A stretch of 46,812 bases of DNA from a virus: the IMG/VR virus record IMGVR_UViG_3300045988_105766, one strand, 5' to 3'. The first letter of the stretch is position 1. Each line of letters opens with the position of its first letter. Positions 42,396 through 46,812 of this stretch are shown piece by piece. The notes beneath the pieces were generated by a model. The model was not told the DNA's origin, made no database searches, and saw only the letters and a program-made list of their open reading frames with translations. A program made the translations under genes and the position numbers.

Positions 42396-43519
42396 TTTAC
42401 ATCTGCTGCATTAACCCAACCGTACACGCCTTTACCGTCCTGTGAAATGCAATGATAAGGGTGTGTGCCTTTGGTATTTACTGCCGTTACCTTACAGGTG
42501 CTTGTAACATTCTTCTGTACGCTCGCATATTCCGCCGTAGAGGACTTGTAAACCCCTCCGCCTGTGAATGTTACTATATCGCCTTTTGAAACGCTTGCGG
42601 GGTCGCTGTGTGCCTTAGAGGATAACTCCTTGATAGATTCCGCATTGACCCAACCGTACACGCCTTTACCGTCTTGTGAAATGCAATGATATTTATGTGT
42701 GCCTTTCTCATTTACTGCCGTTACCTTACAGGTGCTTACCACATCCTTTTCCTTGGCTGCATATTCTGCCGTAGAAGAGATATAGACCCCTCCGCCTGTG
42801 AATGTCACTATATCGCCTTTTGAAACTCCTGTAGGCGTTTCCTGTGGCTTCTGCGGTGTGTTCTGCTTCTCTTCTGTCTTGGTGTGTGATACGTCCGTTA
42901 AGTTGCTTCCCTTTATCGCTTCGTATACTTTGCTTCTACGGCTTTCATATTGCCCCATTGTGGCATCTTTTAAGGCGTAGGCGTGTATTTCTTCAAGTCC
43001 TACCTTTTCCGCCCCTCCTGTGGCTTCTGCTGCCGTCTTGGCAATGCGTGAACTTGCACCGCTACCGCCTTGGTTCTCTAAGTCCGCAAAATAGGCAAGT
43101 GCTTTTAAGGATACTAAACCGATTTTTACGCCGTTCTTTACATATCCTGTAATATCTGCATCCGCTAAATCGTCCTGTACTTCCTTTCCGTCCTTGGTTG
43201 TGAGCAACTTAGATATTGCATTGGCTTCCTCTTCGGTTGCTTCTCTCTCCTGTCTGTTCCACGCATCCGCACTACTTCCGGCAATCTCTGTATACAGGGC
43301 ATCCCCTAATATCTCTTTTGCCTGTTCCTGGTCCTTTTCAACAATGGACTTTAAGAGGGGCAACGCTCTACCCCAATATGCGTTCCATTGGCACTTACCT
43401 ATGCTCATTCCGTGGTTGTTGTCGTTTCTGTTTACGCTTCCGTAATTACCCTCCTGTGAGTAGATAATACCGCTTGCGACCTTAACAACCTTTTTTACCT
43501 GTGCTGCTGTTACTGCCAT
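42392..43519 (-). CDS. lysis-cassette protein with two C-terminal SH3-like repeats (putative cell-wall hydrolase/binding protein)
   Basis: Start set at MAVTAAQ (ATG 43519, GGAGGT upstream). Two ~65-aa repeats (GDIVTFTGGGVY...YHCISQDGKGVYGWVNA). Confidence 0.55.
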   Translation of the reverse strand: MAVTAAQVKKVVKVASGIIYSQEGNYGSVNRNDNNHGMSIGKCQWNAYWGRALPLLKSIVEKDQEQAKEILGDALYTEIAGSSADAWNRQEREATEEEANAISKLLTTKDGKEVQDDLADADITGYVKNGVKIGLVSLKALAYFADLENQGGSGASSRIAKTAAEATGGAEKVGLEEIHAYALKDATMGQYESRRSKVYEAIKGSNLTDVSHTKTEEKQNTPQKPQETPTGVSKGDIVTFTGGGVYISSTAEYAAKEKDVVSTCKVTAVNEKGTHKYHCISQDGKGVYGWVNAESIKELSSKAHSDPASVSKGDIVTFTGGGVYKSSTAEYASVQKNVTSTCKVTAVNTKGTHPYHCISQDGKGVYGWVNAADVK

Positions 43520-43529
43520 AGTGTACCTC

Positions 43530-44561
43530 CTACGCTCTCTGTGTATATCCAAGGCTTATATACCCTGCACCGCTCTTTAATTTGCCCCAAGTGGTGTTAC
43601 CGTTCTTTTCCTCTCCAACGATTGTATATACTTCGCCCTGTTTTACCTGTGTTGTTACCGGGTAATTTGTTCCGGGACCTTTTCGGACATTCAGAACGGC
43701 GGTATTGATTTTTACCCTGTAGCTTGTATCCTGTGGAGTATTTGCGGTCATTCCCGCTATTCGCTCCGTATATCCAAGGCTTATGTAGCCTGCACCGCTC
43801 TTTAATTTGCCCCAAGTGGTGTTACCATTTCTTACCTCGCCTACGATTGTGTATACCTCGCCCTGTTTTACCTGTGTGGCTACTCCGTAATCTGTTCCCG
43901 GACCGATACGCACATTTAATACATCTGCGGTAATCTTCACTTTGTAGCTTGCCACATTGTCCGTTGTCGGCTGTGCGGTATGCTGCTGTCCTCCTGCGGA
44001 TACCGAACCGCCTAAGATACCCTTAACCTTATTTTTGAACTCCTGCCATTCTGTAGGATTGCTTACCATTTGAGCCGGGCAATTCTTTCCTGTTACGTCA
44101 TAATGGCGTAATACATAGGAATCAACGCCACCTGCACCAATTCCAAGCATTTTACAAAGAAATGCACAAAGGTATGCAGCGTTTTCTTTTGTCCTGTCTG
44201 AAATTCTGTAGTTTCCAGCAGTACAACACATTTCAATACCTATACTGTTCGCATTTCTGCAAGAGCCGTGTTTATAAGACTTTGCCCCGCAATGCCAAGC
44301 GGTATCCCTTAACTCTACGCTTTGGTAAATTTCCGCATCATCTACAAAAAAATGAGCGGAAGCATTACGCCCCGCACCGCCGAAATAATTTGCATTTGCC
44401 TTTGCCGTATCCTTTGAATTGCCTGTATAGTGCATTACCACATAGGCTACGCTTCGGCTTGTGTTGTTGTTCAGATTGTCGTTGTTGCATTTGATACTTG
44501 AATTTATCCCGATACCGTTAATTGTATCGCTGATAAATCCGGCTGTTATTGTTTTTCCCAT
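43530..44561 (-). CDS. endolysin: N-acetylmuramoyl-L-alanine amidase (amidase_2/PGRP-like) with two SH3b repeats
   Basis: VVMHYTGN...SAHFFVD...IGIEMC...RHYDVTGKNCP catalytic domain, plus duplicated YKVKI..LNVR.GPGT.Y...QVKQGEVYTIVGE modules. Confidence 0.85.
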   Translation of the reverse strand: MGKTITAGFISDTINGIGINSSIKCNNDNLNNNTSRSVAYVVMHYTGNSKDTAKANANYFGGAGRNASAHFFVDDAEIYQSVELRDTAWHCGAKSYKHGSCRNANSIGIEMCCTAGNYRISDRTKENAAYLCAFLCKMLGIGAGGVDSYVLRHYDVTGKNCPAQMVSNPTEWQEFKNKVKGILGGSVSAGGQQHTAQPTTDNVASYKVKITADVLNVRIGPGTDYGVATQVKQGEVYTIVGEVRNGNTTWGKLKSGAGYISLGYTERIAGMTANTPQDTSYRVKINTAVLNVRKGPGTNYPVTTQVKQGEVYTIVGEEKNGNTTWGKLKSGAGYISLGYTQRA

Positions 44562-44575
44562 AACGCCGTACCTCC

Positions 44576-44959
44576 TTAAATATTGATGTTGTTTAAATCA
44601 ACAGAAATATCCTTTGTTTCCTCCGGGTATCCCTTTTTGATTTTGATAATATTTTCTGCCTTGGCTTTCCAACAATACAAGGCAATTACTGTAGTAGTCG
44701 GGGTTGCTATGTATGTGGCAAGCACCCCGAATTGTGAATAGTCGATAAGTGTTACTTTGATACCGATATACAAACCCACAAAGTAAGTAAAAAGGACTGC
44801 GACCAATACAAGTTTTGTAAAGTTCGGCTTCGGAAGTTTCTTTTTACTTCCGTCCTGTAGCTTCTTGCATAACTTGTCTTTGTTCGCAATCCTAAATAGC
44901 AAATAAAAAACAAAGAATCCTATAGCAATGCCAAGGATTCCGCAAATAAGATATTTCAT
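44576..44959 (-). CDS. putative holin / membrane protein (3 hydrophobic segments)
   Basis: 127 aa immediately upstream of the endolysin. Confidence 0.5.
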   Translation of the reverse strand: MKYLICGILGIAIGFFVFYLLFRIANKDKLCKKLQDGSKKKLPKPNFTKLVLVAVLFTYFVGLYIGIKVTLIDYSQFGVLATYIATPTTTVIALYCWKAKAENIIKIKKGYPEETKDISVDLNNINI

Positions 44960-44974
44960 ATTCTGTTTTTCCTC

Positions 44975-45286
44975 CTATGTTTCCTGTCCGTGTGCCTTTT
45001 GATTGATATGTTTTTCAATCTTTCCTATGGCTTCCGTGACCGGTCCGTTACATCCCTGTTCTTTAAGTCCTTTCAGACACGCCAATACCGCATAAGTGAG
45101 TAAGCATAATTCATCTTCCATTGCCTTTATGTCCTCTTTCTCCTGCTTCTTTAAATCCTCAATATCGGTTGTCTGCTTTTCCTGTGCCTGAAACCATTTG
45201 ATAATCTTGTATGCAACCGCACCAATGGCAGTTAATGCCCCTAATACGCTTGCAATAGTTATAATTGCTGCTGAATCAATATACAT
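44975..45286 (-). CDS. small membrane protein with a coiled-coil tail
   Basis: Start set at MYIDSAAIITIASVLGAL (ATG 45286). The track start at 45331 would overlap the RT gene by 56 nt. Confidence 0.45.
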   Translation of the reverse strand: MYIDSAAIITIASVLGALTAIGAVAYKIIKWFQAQEKQTTDIEDLKKQEKEDIKAMEDELCLLTYAVLACLKGLKEQGCNGPVTEAIGKIEKHINQKAHGQET

Positions 45287-46490
45287 TGTGTGTAATTTCC
45301 TTTCCTTGCAGTTTGCAATATGGCGTAGCAAATCCGCAAAAATAACTTTCGGTATAGTTCGGGCAGTTATTGCAATTTCCTGTACATCTACTTACCTCTT
45401 CTTTTTTCTCTACCATACCGTTTTCCTTAAACAGGGTGTTAAGGCTCTGCCTAAGTCCGTAACTGTTAAAATGTGACAGGATACCACGATATGAAGCTAC
45501 CGAACGGTCTAACCTGTCTTTTCTTTCTTCTCCTGCTTTTACCTTTGCAATCTGATTTTTAAGATTACGTTTGATTTTTACCGCCGTTTTCTTCTTTAAT
45601 CTGCGGTGCGTAGACCATATTCTAAAGCCTACAAAATCAACGCCCATACTACACGGTCTGATAGTCGTTTTATTATTCAAATCTAACCTTAATTCGTCTG
45701 ATAAGAACGCCCTTAACAACTCTTTGACCTCTGCCAAATACTTTTTATCGTGGTGGAGTATGATAATATCGTCCATATATCGGATGTAGTAATGCAATCC
45801 CAACTCATGTTTTGCGTATTGGTCTACCTCATTAAGGTAAATGTTTGCAAACATCTGTGAGGTAAGGTTGCCTATCGGCATCCCCTTGTTGCTCAATCTG
45901 TCCGATACTGCCACTTCGTCCGGCTCTTTTCCGGGCGGTAATCCAAAATTCATAGATTCGCAATTTATAATCTTTTCTAACAGGTTAAGTAATCGTTGGT
46001 CTTTAATCCTGCGTGCTAAAATCTTTAATAAAATATCGTGGTCTACCCTGTAGAAATACTTTGATATATCCATTTTCAGATAATAGTACCGTTCCGGCTT
46101 CCTTTCAGTCTGCCTTAACCAATACTGTAACCTGTCGGCTGCCTTATGTGTTCCCTTGCCCTTGCGACAGGCGTAGGAATCAAAGATAAATGTCTTTTCG
46201 TACAACGGAAATAACTGCCTGTAAATCGCCCATTGTACTATCCTGTCCTTAAATGGCAAGGACATAATGAGCCTTTTCTTCGGCTCGTAAACATAAAAGG
46301 TGTGATACTTTCCTACCTCGTATGTTTCATAAATTAAGTGATTCTGAATATTTATTAACTGCTCTTCGTAGTTGCGGTTGAAAATCAATACATCATCCCT
46401 GTACCTCTTTCCTTTTCTCGCTTCCTCCCAAGCCTTATGTAAATTCTCAAAATCATAAATCTTTTCGTATATATTCTTTATGCTTTGCAT
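45276..46490 (-). CDS. DGR reverse transcriptase
   Basis: 404 aa with the GMPIGNLTSQMFANIYL motif (a DGR hallmark), YMDD and FVGF. Lies immediately 3' of TR. Confidence 0.95.
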   Translation of the reverse strand: MQSIKNIYEKIYDFENLHKAWEEARKGKRYRDDVLIFNRNYEEQLINIQNHLIYETYEVGKYHTFYVYEPKKRLIMSLPFKDRIVQWAIYRQLFPLYEKTFIFDSYACRKGKGTHKAADRLQYWLRQTERKPERYYYLKMDISKYFYRVDHDILLKILARRIKDQRLLNLLEKIINCESMNFGLPPGKEPDEVAVSDRLSNKGMPIGNLTSQMFANIYLNEVDQYAKHELGLHYYIRYMDDIIILHHDKKYLAEVKELLRAFLSDELRLDLNNKTTIRPCSMGVDFVGFRIWSTHRRLKKKTAVKIKRNLKNQIAKVKAGEERKDRLDRSVASYRGILSHFNSYGLRQSLNTLFKENGMVEKKEEVSRCTGNCNNCPNYTESYFCGFATPYCKLQGKEITHNVY

Positions 46491-46702
46491 TGCATACCTC
46501 TTGTAAATTTGTGCCGTACAAACCTAATCAGTTTTTAACCCTTTCGGACGTGACAAATATATTTCTTTTCGGCTTACGCTTACTAACTGTCTTTACAGCA
46601 ATTCAATCTTTTTCCTGTCTACAGGAACGGAAAATAACCCCTTTAACCCTGTTTGTACTGTCCTTGCGGTCGTAACCGTAAGGCTTCTTGACATAGGGGC
46701 AG
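46491..46702 (-). ncRNA. TR-RT spacer, probably part of the DGR template/primer RNA
   Basis: A 212-nt non-coding segment between TR and the RT start. No credible ORF. Confidence 0.45.
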
Positions 46703-46812
46703 AGCGGAGCGGAAACCAATGTTGTCGTTCGAGTTGGAACGAGGGTTATTCAAGTTGAGAGCGGACGGACCCGAATTAGAAGTATTGTTGAACGCCGACC
46801 CACGGATAGGCA
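46703..46812 (-). repeat. DGR template repeat (TR), continuing at 56-58 across the circular junction
   Basis: 113 nt in total. Contains 22 coding-strand adenines, 18 of them in nine AAC/AAT codons. It is the only copy retaining A at all VR-variable positions. Confidence 0.95.

Noticed and set aside
45276-46490. The reverse transcriptase as a retron or group II intron RT.
   Set aside because: It has the IGNLTSQ motif, an adjacent TR with two adenine-mutated VRs, and an avd gene. I saw no intron domain V/VI-like structure, no maturase/endonuclease tail and no retron msr/msd-like repeats.
588-46812. A third VR or target elsewhere in the genome.
   Set aside because: Scanning by eye for the invariant blocks (GAGCGGACGGACCC, AACGCCGACCCACGG and their reverse complements) found only the TR, VR1 and VR2 copies. 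A computational search should confirm this.

Overview
The window is a complete, circularly permuted phage genome of about 46,757 bp. Nt 1-55 are identical to nt 46758-46812, which looks like an assembly overlap. It resembles a Firmicutes-type myovirus. All genes but two lie on the minus strand.

Reading the minus strand from high to low coordinates:
- A diversity-generating retroelement (DGR). The reverse transcriptase is at 45276-46490 and the template repeat at 46703-46812, continuing at 56-58. Across the junction lie avd (92-502) and the variable tail-fibre-like target (588-1631, VR1 600-712).
- A lysis cassette (41976-45286).
- A divergent switch region (about 41140-41320).
- An early/accessory region (41133-24095). 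It holds an RHH protein, an IS30-family transposase, a second remote DGR target (36747-37727, VR2 36782-36891), YopX proteins, a HUH Rep-like protein, RecU, a split C5 DNA methyltransferase, ParA/ParB-like proteins and a sigma-like late regulator.
- A lambda-like packaging/head module (Nu1-like TerS, GpA-type TerL, gpW, portal, ClpP-type protease, gpD-like and gpE-like proteins; 24020-15941).
- A P2/PBSX-like contractile tail and baseplate (15925-1653).

No tyrosine or serine integrase is visible.

Main non-genic signals:
- Adenine-specific TR/VR differences: 10/10 in VR1 and 15/15 in VR2.
- A 19-bp near-palindrome at 8 dispersed sites. Inside genes it always reads VT(E/D)S(D/G)T.
- A 16-20-bp AT-rich palindrome in 10 copies, grouped in 4 intergenic clusters.
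- Two copies of a late-promoter-plus-terminator module.
- Two genes interrupted at G8 tracts, one with a 401-nt region open in two frames.
- An A-depleted GT-rich tract at the expected cos position.
- A candidate plus-strand small RNA.

Start codons that differ from the ORF track were chosen by me from SD spacing. Those choices are inference.
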